DNA of 64,000 nucleotides from a bacterium (GTDB lineage: Bacteria > Patescibacteriota > Minisyncoccia > JAUYLV01), in assembly GCA_030649025.1 (NCBI GenBank), contig JAUSGO010000028.1, positions 1,074 through 65,073 of the forward strand, read 5' to 3'. The notes beneath the pieces are model-generated. The model searched no databases, was not told the origin of the DNA, and saw nothing but the letters and a program-made list of their open reading frames with translations. Shown one piece after another: positions 28,943-38,143 of the stretch (its first letter is position 1; each line of letters begins with the position of its first letter). Both the position numbers and the translations under genes were made by a program.

Positions 28943-30085
28943 ATGTTAAGGCCATATCAGCACACTATCGGTATTGACGCCCGAATGCTTGGAGCGGAAC
29001 AGACGGGCATCGGAAAATATATTGCACGGCTTTGCGAATATCTACCGCCGCTCATGAGCGACACACGGTTCGTTCTCTTTTTGCGCGAACCGGAGTATTC
29101 GAATTTTAAGAGCGCCCATCCTAACGTGGTAAAACGAAGGGCGGAGGCGCATTGGTACGGCTACAAAGAACAACTCATCCTGCCCATTGGATTCCTTCTG
29201 GCGCGCCCGGACCTTATGCATTTTCCCCATTTCAACGTTCCGATGCTCTATCCGGGAAAGTTTATCGTAACAATCCACGACCTCACGCCCCATACGTTTT
29301 CGGGTCCTGCGGCGCATTCATGGTGGAGAAAGTCGATGTTTCGACTTGTTTTCTCCGGCGCCCTCGAACGATCAGAGCGCATCATTGCCGTATCGCAATA
29401 TACCAAAAAAGATATTATTGAACGCTTTAGGACGGTGCCTGAAAAAATAGGAGTAATATACGAAGGCGTGGACGAGCGATTCAAAAAAAAAGTACCGAGA
29501 ATGCAGAGTCTGGAATTTCTGAAAAAAACGTACGGCATCGCAAAACCTTTCTTGCTCTATGTCGGCGTATGGCGTGAGCATAAAAATTTGGCAGGACTTA
29601 TTGAGGCATATGCCCTGATGCTGAAAAAATACCATGCAGATTTTGATCTGGTGCTTTGCGGAAAGGAACACTCCTCGTATCCCGATGCGCGCCGAGCTTG
29701 GGAGCGCCTCGGCCTTGAGGACCGCGTAAAGCGTCCGGGCTTCATTCCAGAAAAGGAGCTTGAGCATTTTTATCGGGCGGCTTCGCTCACCGTGGTTCCT
29801 TCATTCGCCGAAGGATTCGGATTCACGGGACTTGAGTCGCTTGCGTGCCAAACACCGGTTGCCGCTTCTCAAACAACATCCTTGCCGGAAATTCTCAAAG
29901 ATGCTGCGGTATATTTTGACCCCCATAACTCCGAAAACATGGCGGAGGTCATGCATCGCATACTTGTAAACAAAGAAGAACAAAAAATATGCCTTGAAAA
30001 AGTTCCCGATCTTATGGAGCAATATCGATGGGAGACCATGGCCGAAAAAACCGCTAAGTATTACCGGAGCATTCTCGAACACTGA
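28943..30085 (+). CDS. Glycosyltransferase family 4
   Basis: IGIDAR..GIGKY, VTIHDL, YVG..HKN, EGFGFTGLE (ExFGxxxxE) motif; GGAGG RBS. Confidence 0.92.
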   Translation: MLRPYQHTIGIDARMLGAEQTGIGKYIARLCEYLPPLMSDTRFVLFLREPEYSNFKSAHPNVVKRRAEAHWYGYKEQLILPIGFLLARPDLMHFPHFNVPMLYPGKFIVTIHDLTPHTFSGPAAHSWWRKSMFRLVFSGALERSERIIAVSQYTKKDIIERFRTVPEKIGVIYEGVDERFKKKVPRMQSLEFLKKTYGIAKPFLLYVGVWREHKNLAGLIEAYALMLKKYHADFDLVLCGKEHSSYPDARRAWERLGLEDRVKRPGFIPEKELEHFYRAASLTVVPSFAEGFGFTGLESLACQTPVAASQTTSLPEILKDAAVYFDPHNSENMAEVMHRILVNKEEQKICLEKVPDLMEQYRWETMAEKTAKYYRSILEH

Positions 30086-30181
30086 TAGCGTTGCGCTCCG
30101 TGCCCTCCGCTTGTCTTTCGATATGAAACGCCTCGGGACGTCCTCCACTGCATTATGGGTGCTGCACAATCCCTGAAGTCC

Positions 30182-30309
30182 ATAGAACACAAGGAGGGAT
30201 TGCTTGCCGCAGGTCGCCGTTACCAGTTCGATAGAACACATGGAGCTTGCCCCTGCGGGAATACGCAGGGACTGCGGTGCCGTTACTAATTTTATAGAAC
30301 ATATGGAGC
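30182..30309. repeat. Three imperfect direct repeats (ATAGAACAYAWGGAG)
   Basis: Copies at 30182, 30231 and 30294; the last two extend to 31-nt units GCCGTTAC..GGAGC. Confidence 0.6.
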
Positions 30310-30396
30310 GGCGCCTTGTTGCAATTTGCGTAAAATTGGCGTACGGTGGTTTTAACGATTTCTTTCTTTGAAACTCAAATACTCAGGAGGCCTGTC

Positions 30397-32349
30397 ATGA
30401 AACGAACGAAAAGTACGTTTTTGCTTTTTTTTGCTTTATTGCTTGGTTTTTTGGCGTTTCTGCCATCGGATGGATTTGCAAAAAGACCCCAGATTCTGGC
30501 ACTTGCCGATCTTAAGCCCGGCGCCAATGCCATCGGATTCTCCGTATTCAAGGAAAATAAGATAGAACCATTTAATGTCTTGCTCGGCAATACATTTAAC
30601 AATGTGGGCATGACATATATTTACGCCAGGATATCCGGCGGACCCATGGAAACGCAACTTGAGCAAATGGGGGCCATTGCGGGCATGAGCGGAAGTCCCG
30701 TGTTCATAGATTGCACAACCTATGAAGAGTGCGTGGACCACGGCGTGCTTGTCGGCGCGATAAGTCTCGGAATAAGCAAAATTCCGCTCGGCGGCATGAA
30801 TTCGGGAATAACGCCGGCAGAAAAAATGCTAGGCTCTTCATCCGGGGGTTTTGATGCCGTCAACAGCCTCTTTGCATCTACCAATCTACCTCAAGGCATG
30901 TCCTACCCCATTCTCACGACCGCACCTCCGGGTCTATCAGAAAATCTGCAAACAAAAGGCATTACCGCGGCTTCTCCCAGCAGTGAAAAAACATCTGAAT
31001 TTGAAACTGACGCGCAAGCCAAGCTCAAGCCCGGCTCCATGATTTCCGTGTATCTTGCAAGCGGAGACATACCCATTGCCGTATCGGGAACTGTCACATG
31101 GGTTGATGAAAATCGCATCTATGCCTTCGGACATCATCTTTTCGGCAAAGGCATTGCCCGTTATCCCTTTGCTCAGATCAGCGTAAGCGCCACGATCCAA
31201 AATCCCCTCGAGCCGTATAAATCTCCGGGAAGGATTCTGGGCAACCGGGGCGTCATCACGCTTGACGGAGCAACAGAAATTTCCGGTATCATTGGCGAGA
31301 ATATGCAGGGCATTCCGTTTCGAGCGACATTGCAAATAAACGCCAAAAATTTTGCGCTGGACGAGAATGTAACACCGAATACCCCCTACACCGATACGTT
31401 TCTGACGCAACTACCGGCGTTCTGGATAAGCCGGATAGCCGGTGACGCAAAAAATCTTTCGCTTAAGTATCAGGTACGGCTCGTCCTCCAAGGACAACCG
31501 GAAATACTTATCAGGAACACCGTCGGAGCGGCATTCAAACAAAATCCGGTTGAAAAGCTAACTGCCGCGCTCGCTGGAGTAATCGGACAGCTGACTGCAA
31601 GCGGGTTTCCTTTCGCTCTCGAATCTTTGAAGCTTGACACGGAATTGCTCACGGATTCGACGCTTTGGCAGAAAGAGAGGGTTTTTCTTTCCAAAGCCGA
31701 GGCGCTTCCCGGCGAAACCGTAATACTATCCATTGTTCTGCGAAAATTCCAGGACGATGGCGTGTTCCGCAAAATTGATGTTCCAATTGCCATTCCGGCG
31801 GACATTCTTTCCCGAAAACTCCTCACGCCCTTTGCGTCGATCGGAATTCTAGTTCAGAGCAAATCGCAATTCACGAAAAAGATCCCGAATTATAGACCTC
31901 CGCGGGAGCTTACAGAAGTGATCGCGCAAATCAATGAAAACGGATTATATCGGCCCGATGCGGCGTATGTGCAAATAATCCTCCCTCCCAGGATCGAGGG
32001 CGTTCCCGTGCCGCAAAACTATGAAGCGCTTGAGAAAAGGGGGACGCGTGCATCCGATGGCCAAAAAGAGAAACGAAAAAAAGCTTCCCAGGCACAAAAG
32101 AAAGAACAGCCACCGCCCCAATCCTCCGAACCTCAAAAAACAGTACAGGGATGGCAGGTAATCGATTCCTCCGTAATTCCGCAGGAGGCCGGCTTGAACG
32201 GAAAACCGGAAGTCATTCTGTATATTCTCCCGCCGCTTTACGGCGTTCTGGATCTTTCGGAGGAACTGGAGCTTGTGGTGAAGACTCCGCCTCCTCCAGT
32301 GACAGAACAGGAACCCCCGAAAAAAAAGAAGCGCTTTTGGCTCTTCTGA
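30397..32349 (+). CDS. SpoIVB-like peptidase S55 domain secreted protein
   Basis: Signal peptide; GAIAGMSGSPVF..LVGAIS catalytic Ser motif; SGTVTWVD..AFGH; AGGAGG RBS. Confidence 0.85.
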   Translation: MKRTKSTFLLFFALLLGFLAFLPSDGFAKRPQILALADLKPGANAIGFSVFKENKIEPFNVLLGNTFNNVGMTYIYARISGGPMETQLEQMGAIAGMSGSPVFIDCTTYEECVDHGVLVGAISLGISKIPLGGMNSGITPAEKMLGSSSGGFDAVNSLFASTNLPQGMSYPILTTAPPGLSENLQTKGITAASPSSEKTSEFETDAQAKLKPGSMISVYLASGDIPIAVSGTVTWVDENRIYAFGHHLFGKGIARYPFAQISVSATIQNPLEPYKSPGRILGNRGVITLDGATEISGIIGENMQGIPFRATLQINAKNFALDENVTPNTPYTDTFLTQLPAFWISRIAGDAKNLSLKYQVRLVLQGQPEILIRNTVGAAFKQNPVEKLTAALAGVIGQLTASGFPFALESLKLDTELLTDSTLWQKERVFLSKAEALPGETVILSIVLRKFQDDGVFRKIDVPIAIPADILSRKLLTPFASIGILVQSKSQFTKKIPNYRPPRELTEVIAQINENGLYRPDAAYVQIILPPRIEGVPVPQNYEALEKRGTRASDGQKEKRKKASQAQKKEQPPPQSSEPQKTVQGWQVIDSSVIPQEAGLNGKPEVILYILPPLYGVLDLSEELELVVKTPPPPVTEQEPPKKKKRFWLF

Positions 32350-32400
32350 AATACTGCGCCGCAAACCCTGCGGCGCTTTTTTAATTGTCCGTATTATTGA

Positions 32401-32485
32401 CCCCGCTAGAAGTCGCGGACGCGTTTAACGCGTAAGAAACAAAATTTTTTTCATGAAGCGAGTCCGCGTCCTACTTCTAACGGGG
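32401..32485. mobile_element. MITE-like element, copy 2
   Basis: CCCCGCTAGAAG...CTTCTAACGGGG flanked by a TTGA direct repeat (32397-32400, 32486-32489). Confidence 0.7.
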
Positions 32486-32540
32486 TTGACGCAGAAGTCC
32501 CAAATCATGTTATAGTGCCACATTACCCCCATAATCTGCT

Positions 32541-34067
32541 ATGCATCCATCGCGTATATTCTTTTATAGCTGTTCTGCGTTCGGCGTGGGCATATGCGTC
32601 TCGGCTATCTTTCGCATTCCGGAGAGCATGACCCTGGGCATGCTGGGCATTGCGACGGCATCACTGGCCGTGGCCGTTCTGACAAAAGTGCGTATTAAAT
32701 ATCTTGTGCCGGCGCTTGGCATTATAGCTTTTGCTCTCGGTATTATTCGGTTAGGAGACGTCGAGCAGCGGTGGGAACATGAGCGCAATGAATTTCTTCT
32801 TGCCGCACAAAACCTGTCCCGAGTATTCCCGAGGGAGGCGCCGTCAGGCATAACTGCAACCGTCGCGTCGCGCGAGAGGCTCGAGAATTCTACTCGATAC
32901 GAACTCGAACGCATTTCTCTGGAAGATCGCTCCCGGACTCGTTGGCTTCTTACGTATACAGGATATGAAATATTCGACCCCGGAGACCGCATCCTTCTGC
33001 AACGGCCGCACTTCGATACCTCAACGACGAGCGAAGCTTTTTTGAAGCGCGACGGCATTGCCGGCGCCGTGAGGTTCCCTGAAAAAATCGTTCCGCTCGG
33101 AAGTTCCTGTCCTACGTTTTTGGCGAATGCCTCATGCGCCCGCTATAGAGCTTCCGAGCAACTCTCCCATCTGAAAGAATCTTTTGAAAAAAATCTCCGT
33201 CTTGCGCTTCCCGTACCGCATGCCGCGCTCGCGGCCGGACTTTTGCTGGGCACGCGCAGCGCTCTGTCGCAGGAAATGAAGGACGATTTCAGGCGCACGG
33301 GAATGAGCCACATTGTCGCAGTTTCCGGCTACAACATCACTATTCTTATCCTTGCCATTGCCACCCTGATGGGATTTTTTATGTTGCCCAGATCCTTAAC
33401 ATTCTGGGCCGTCACACTGTTCATTATACTTTTTACGCTTCTCACCGGAGCCGGAGCGTCGGTGGTGCGCGCAGCCCTCATGGGATTCTTGCTTATTCTT
33501 GCGCAAAAAGAATCACGCATGTATTCGGCAAGGATTGCCCTTTCTTCCGCCGGGGCTCTCATGCTTTTTCAAAACCCGATGCTTTTGCGATACGATCTGG
33601 GCTTCGTGCTTTCGTTCCTGGCAACCGCAGGACTTTTGGTGCTTTATCCGCTTCTTGAAGAGCGAGCGCGCGAAAATAAGAAACTCTCCGGCATTAAGGA
33701 TGTCGCACTGCAATCCGTCTCCGCACAGTTATTTGTCTTACCTGTCATCATCATTACATTCGGTTCTATTTCTTTCGTATTTCTCATCTCTAACGTTGCC
33801 GTTCTCCCATTCATTCCCCCCACGATGTTTTTCAGCTTCCTTGCCGGTATCGCGGGGTTTTTCGGCGAGCATATCGGAAACATCGTTGCGTTTCCCGCAT
33901 ACATTCTGCTTGATTACGAGATTATCATCGTTGCCACGTTTTCAAAAATTCCTCACGCATCTCTTGCTCTGGCGTCCGCTTCTTTGCGGTATGCCGCAGG
34001 ACTTGCCTCCACCATAGGAGCTGCCTTGCTTGTATGGAAACTGAAAAAACTTCGTGAAACTTTTTAA
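32541..34067 (+). CDS. comEC: ComEC competence channel (membrane part)
   Basis: GLLLG..FRRTGMSHIVAVSGYN, SVVRAALM, GFVLSFLAT. Confidence 0.92.
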   Translation: MHPSRIFFYSCSAFGVGICVSAIFRIPESMTLGMLGIATASLAVAVLTKVRIKYLVPALGIIAFALGIIRLGDVEQRWEHERNEFLLAAQNLSRVFPREAPSGITATVASRERLENSTRYELERISLEDRSRTRWLLTYTGYEIFDPGDRILLQRPHFDTSTTSEAFLKRDGIAGAVRFPEKIVPLGSSCPTFLANASCARYRASEQLSHLKESFEKNLRLALPVPHAALAAGLLLGTRSALSQEMKDDFRRTGMSHIVAVSGYNITILILAIATLMGFFMLPRSLTFWAVTLFIILFTLLTGAGASVVRAALMGFLLILAQKESRMYSARIALSSAGALMLFQNPMLLRYDLGFVLSFLATAGLLVLYPLLEERARENKKLSGIKDVALQSVSAQLFVLPVIIITFGSISFVFLISNVAVLPFIPPTMFFSFLAGIAGFFGEHIGNIVAFPAYILLDYEIIIVATFSKIPHASLALASASLRYAAGLASTIGAALLVWKLKKLRETF

Positions 34068-34083
34068 TGTTCGTGCAATATTT

Positions 34084-35001
34084 ATGTATCGCCTCTTCAG
34101 AAAACATCGCTTTCTTCTTGTATTCATCCTTTTTCTTGGGGTTGTGCTTTTGTGGAAGACGGACGCTCTCGTCGGTTCTCCAGGCCTTCGTGTCCACTTC
34201 TTTGATGTTGGCCAGGGAGACGCGGAATTTTTTGAAACCCCGGGGGGCAAGCAGGTGCTTATCGACGGCGGGCCGCGGCAAGACGTGATACGGCGTCTTG
34301 CCCAGACCATGCCGTTCTGGGACCATTCAATAGATCTTGTCATCCTCACCCATCCTCAGCTTGACCATCTTTCCGGCCTTGTTCCCGTTCTGGAGCGTTA
34401 CCACGTGGGAAGCATCATGCTCAATGCCGCTTCGTACAAGCTTGATGCATATGCGGCGCTTTTGAACGTTGTTGGGCAAAAAAACATTCCCGTTGTTTTG
34501 GCACGCGCGGGTGAAAAAATAACGTTCGATAGCGGCATCACCGCCAAAATTCTTTCTCCGAAAGAAATCGTTGCGGAGGAGTTGTTCAAGGAAATAAACG
34601 AATCATCCATCATCGTGCGCCTTGATTACGGAAAGACGTCTTTTTTATTCACCGGGGACGCTGGATTTCCCACGGAAGAAGATCTTGTTTCCCGAGATGC
34701 CTTTCTTGATGTGGATGTGCTGAAAGTGGGACACCATGGCTCAAAATACGCCTCAGGAGAGACGTTCTTGCGGGCGGTATCGCCACGCGTTGCCGTCATT
34801 GAAGTTGGCGCAAAAAATACCTACGGCCACCCAACTCCGGAAACACTCTCGCGCCTTGCCGCAATCGGCGCTACAATATTTCGAACCGATAAAGACGCCA
34901 CCGTAACGCTTGAAACGGACGGAAAAACGGTATCACGGCTCTTTGCGAAAGACTACGGCATCTTCCGTTCCGTAAAGTCGCAAACGCTTTTTGAGGAATA
35001 G
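34084..35001 (+). CDS. ComEC-associated metallo-beta-lactamase nuclease
   Basis: DVGQGD, LIDGG, THPQLDHLSG, FTGD, KVGHHGS, YGHP. Confidence 0.9.
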   Translation: MYRLFRKHRFLLVFILFLGVVLLWKTDALVGSPGLRVHFFDVGQGDAEFFETPGGKQVLIDGGPRQDVIRRLAQTMPFWDHSIDLVILTHPQLDHLSGLVPVLERYHVGSIMLNAASYKLDAYAALLNVVGQKNIPVVLARAGEKITFDSGITAKILSPKEIVAEELFKEINESSIIVRLDYGKTSFLFTGDAGFPTEEDLVSRDAFLDVDVLKVGHHGSKYASGETFLRAVSPRVAVIEVGAKNTYGHPTPETLSRLAAIGATIFRTDKDATVTLETDGKTVSRLFAKDYGIFRSVKSQTLFEE

Positions 35002-35013
35002 GAGCAAGGCAGT

Positions 35014-37143
35014 CTATTCTCCGTGCACGCGCCCCCCGGATCTCTTAAGTCTTTCCCTAATAGCGGGATGGCGTGCAAGATCTGGATCTTCTGCACAAAC
35101 CTTCCTGGCATCTTCCCGGACTCTTTCAATGAGCACCGGATCTTGCAGGGCCTCCATGGCGATATCGGGCATGCCGGACTGCGCCTCGCCCATGAATTCT
35201 CCCGGTCCGCGCAATTCAAGATCGATCTGTGCAAGCTCAAATCCGTTTTTTGCGCCAACAAGCGCCCGGAGGCGGCTTTGGGTCTCTGCCCCTGAAGAAT
35301 CCGAAAAAAGCAGACAATATGATTTATGTTCGCCCCTTCCTACTCTTCCGCGAAACTGATGGAGGGTCGCAAGCCCAAACCGGTCAGCTCCTTCAATTGC
35401 CATAACGGTCGCATTAGGAACATCTATGCCAACCTCGATAACGGAAGTAGAGACCAGGATATCGGTCTGGCCTTCGGTAAATTTCTTCATGACGCTTTCT
35501 TTTTCTTTCGATTTAAGCTTTCCGTGCAGCATGGCTACGCTGAGGTCTGGAAATACGATTTTTGACAGTTTTTCGTATTCTTCTTTCACCGCCTTCACGT
35601 CGTTCCATACCAATTTCCTCCTATCTTTTTCCGCGCTTATCTGCGCTGGGCCCATCCCGCGCTGATCCGCATTATTCGAAAGCTCTATTCGAGGACAAAT
35701 AACAAATGCTTGCCGCCCCTCTTTGATCTCCGAACGGATGAACGCGTATGCTTCATTGCGATGCGCGGGAGCTACGAGGCGCGTCTCGATGGGCTTGCGA
35801 TCGGAAGGCATTTCGGTGATGCGCGAGATGTCCAAATCCCCGTATACCGCAAGAGCCAGTGTTCGAGGTATCGGCGTTGCGGACATGGAAAGAAAATGCG
35901 GCGCTTGTGCATCGCCAGACTTTTTGAGGATATTCGAACGCTGGTCAACGCCGAAGCGATGTTGCTCATCCACGATGGCAAGGGCCACGTCTTTGCAAAG
36001 CATCTCCGGCGAAAGAAGCGCATGAGTTCCAATTGCAACGTGCACGCCTCCTTCTTTGAGCAGTGCCCGAAACGTCTTTTTTGCGATCTTCTTCTCGGAC
36101 GCATGCGATGCAATAAGCGCATAAGGAGAAGAGGTGACGAATCCTATGGTAATACCGTGCGGCCCAAGAATTTTTTTTGCGCTTGCAAAATGCTGGCGCG
36201 CAAGAACCTCGGTCGGTGCCATAATAATGGCCTGATGTCCGGCTTTTATCACCTCCAGCACCGCAAGGAATGCGACGATGGTTTTGCCGCTTCCTACGTC
36301 ACCCTCAAGAAGTCTTTGCATGGGATAGGGATGCGCAATGTCTTGCAAAATCTGCCAGGCAGCCCTGCGCTGGCCATCCGTGAGATTGAAAGGAAGCTTG
36401 TCTACGAATGTTTTAATGAGAGATTGGTCAAAGGGGATCGCGTGAGCCCGTATGCGCTCTCGCCCTTTTTGTTCCATGATAAATCGCGTCTGGAGCAAAA
36501 AAAGTTCTTCGAATTGAAAACGCCTACGCGCTTCTTTGGCATCTTTTGATGTTTCAGGGAAATGGATAGAGCGCACTGCCCGTTCGGGGGGTAAAAATTT
36601 TTCACGTAAAAGAACTTCGTGCGGAAATATTTCACGAAGACTCGAGGCGGTATCGAGATACCGGTGCACAAGCATGCGGATCCATCGGGAAGTCAGCCCC
36701 TTTGTTTCCCGATATACCGGCACAAGCCGCCGGGTATGCAAAGAGCTCTCCTGGCCGGTACCGATTATTTCGTATGCGGGATTTGCAAAGTAGATACCGC
36801 GCTTTCCATCATACACTTTTCCGGCAAGCGCAATTTTTGTTCCTTTTTTGAACATCCGCGCAAGATAGAGCTGGTTGAACCATACCACGCGGACCGACCC
36901 GGAAGCATCGTCTACGACGGCTTCCAAAAGCTGCGTTCCGCGATTCCATGCTCTGATGATTTTTACATCTTTTACATACCCCTCCACAGCAACAACCTCG
37001 CCCGCGCGCAAGTCTCGTGTGGCCAAGACCCGCGAGAAATCGTCATATCGATATGGGAAGTAATGCAAAAGATCCTCGACGCTGTGCAGGCCGAGGACGT
37101 TCAATTTCCTGGTTAGCGCCTGATTTTTTACAAAGGCCGCCAC
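35014..37143 (-). CDS. recG: ATP-dependent DNA helicase RecG
   Basis: PYRYDD, wedge domain, EGDVGSGKT, DEQHRFG, SATPIPRT, QFRGRVGR, DLELRGPG; GTG start at 37143 inferred. Confidence 0.93.
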   Translation of the reverse strand: MAAFVKNQALTRKLNVLGLHSVEDLLHYFPYRYDDFSRVLATRDLRAGEVVAVEGYVKDVKIIRAWNRGTQLLEAVVDDASGSVRVVWFNQLYLARMFKKGTKIALAGKVYDGKRGIYFANPAYEIIGTGQESSLHTRRLVPVYRETKGLTSRWIRMLVHRYLDTASSLREIFPHEVLLREKFLPPERAVRSIHFPETSKDAKEARRRFQFEELFLLQTRFIMEQKGRERIRAHAIPFDQSLIKTFVDKLPFNLTDGQRRAAWQILQDIAHPYPMQRLLEGDVGSGKTIVAFLAVLEVIKAGHQAIIMAPTEVLARQHFASAKKILGPHGITIGFVTSSPYALIASHASEKKIAKKTFRALLKEGGVHVAIGTHALLSPEMLCKDVALAIVDEQHRFGVDQRSNILKKSGDAQAPHFLSMSATPIPRTLALAVYGDLDISRITEMPSDRKPIETRLVAPAHRNEAYAFIRSEIKEGRQAFVICPRIELSNNADQRGMGPAQISAEKDRRKLVWNDVKAVKEEYEKLSKIVFPDLSVAMLHGKLKSKEKESVMKKFTEGQTDILVSTSVIEVGIDVPNATVMAIEGADRFGLATLHQFRGRVGRGEHKSYCLLFSDSSGAETQSRLRALVGAKNGFELAQIDLELRGPGEFMGEAQSGMPDIAMEALQDPVLIERVREDARKVCAEDPDLARHPAIRERLKRSGGRVHGE

Positions 37144-37160
37144 AGTTTGGTATGATATGA

Positions 37161-37259
37161 TTAGAACAACGGTAGGATAAGCGCTGCCACCATCGAGATA
37201 GATACGACAACAACCGCTGCACCCCAAATGAATTTGATGATTTGTTTTTTTCGTCTCAT
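37161..37259 (-). CDS. Small single-TM protein (32 aa), absent from the ORF track
   Basis: MRRKKQIIKFIWGAAVVVVSISMVAALILPLF*: basic N-terminus plus TM, directly upstream of recG. Confidence 0.6.
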   Translation of the reverse strand: MRRKKQIIKFIWGAAVVVVSISMVAALILPLF

Positions 37260-37423
37260 ATCATAATTAGTATAGTGGAAAGGCCCTCTGAACACAATAT
37301 GCCCGGTGCGATAATTTCGACCGCCCTCCGGACATACTTTTAAAGAAAATCTTAGCCATGGCTAAGGCGTTTGATTTTTAATTGCATCGCGAGCTTTAAG
37401 GCGTTGAAATTGTAGCGCCATGT

Positions 37424-37816
37424 ATGGCCATCCTCCGTTCAAAAATAACCATCGTAGTTGCATCGGGTTTCACCATTATGTTTGGCGCTCTTGGCGCAAG
37501 GGCATTCATGCAGGAGCGCGCATTACGGCGGGACATTGCCAAGCTTGAGTCGGGCATCGCGAAGGCCGAAGAAAAAAACAAAGAACTTGTACATTTGGTT
37601 GAATATTTTTCCAAACCCGAACAACTTGAAAAAGAAGCGAAGGTCCGGCTTAACCTTAAAAGGCCCGACGAAGAAGTGCTGGCGCTCTCATCCGAACCCC
37701 CATATATTCCAAGCGCTTCCGGCAATCCGAGCATGAGCGTGCAAACCACGACATTCCCCTTCTCGCAAATTGTAGATTTTTTTAAATCCTTTTTCACCTA
37801 TTCGCTTAAGGAATAA
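37424..37816 (+). CDS. Septum formation initiator (FtsB/DivIC family)
   Basis: TM, coiled coil and LEKEAKVRLNLKRPDEEV motif. Confidence 0.75.
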   Translation: MAILRSKITIVVASGFTIMFGALGARAFMQERALRRDIAKLESGIAKAEEKNKELVHLVEYFSKPEQLEKEAKVRLNLKRPDEEVLALSSEPPYIPSASGNPSMSVQTTTFPFSQIVDFFKSFFTYSLKE

Positions 37817-37820
37817 TTTT

Positions 37821-37891
37821 GCGGGCGTAGTATAGTGGTAGTACGTGACCTTCCCAAGGTCAAAGTGTGGGTTCGATTCCCATCGCCCGCT
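37821..37891 (+). tRNA. tRNA-Gly(CCC)
   Basis: GCGGGCG/CGCCCGC acceptor, TGACC-TTCCCAA-GGTCA anticodon arm, GTGGGTTCGATTCCCAT T-arm; CCA not encoded. Confidence 0.95.
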
Positions 37892-37894
37892 CAT

Positions 37895-38032
37895 GCGAGG
37901 TTAGTGGAGTGGGCTGAATGCTCCAGTGGAGCATTCAGCGGGAGACTGCGGTGTTTCGGAAAAATAAAAGTCTCCCAGGAAGTACGATTGCTTCCCAAGC
38001 AATAAGCACGAGTCCGATTCTCGTATCCCGCT
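37895..38032 (+). ncRNA. Interrupted tRNA-Gly(CCC)-like twin with a D-loop insertion
   Basis: After removing 37913-37980 the sequence aligns with tRNA-Gly: ATTGC-TTCCCAA-GCAAT, ACGAG-TCCGATT-CTCGT, acceptor GCGAGGT/ATCCCGC. Confidence 0.75.
37913..37980 (+). repeat. tRNA-insertion element (Gly twin, D-loop)
   Basis: GCTGAATGCTCCA-G-TGGAGCATTCAGC + GGGAGAC-loop-GTCTCCC-AGGA. Confidence 0.8.
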
Positions 38033-38143
38033 CACGTTGAGAAGACCGCACTGTTGTGCGGTTTTCTTGTTGAGGAGCGCGGAGAAGTAAATCGTTCCCG
38101 ATGGATATTTGCATAATGACGAAAATTATGGTATGCTTTAAAC

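Noticed and set aside
30167-30309. CRISPR array
   Set aside because: Only two extended repeats with several mismatches, irregular spacing and no cas genes; kept only as an unexplained repeat
37144-37227. N-terminal extension of RecG given by the ORF track
   Set aside because: Overlaps a more plausible 32-aa TM gene in another frame; RecG similarity starts near 37143
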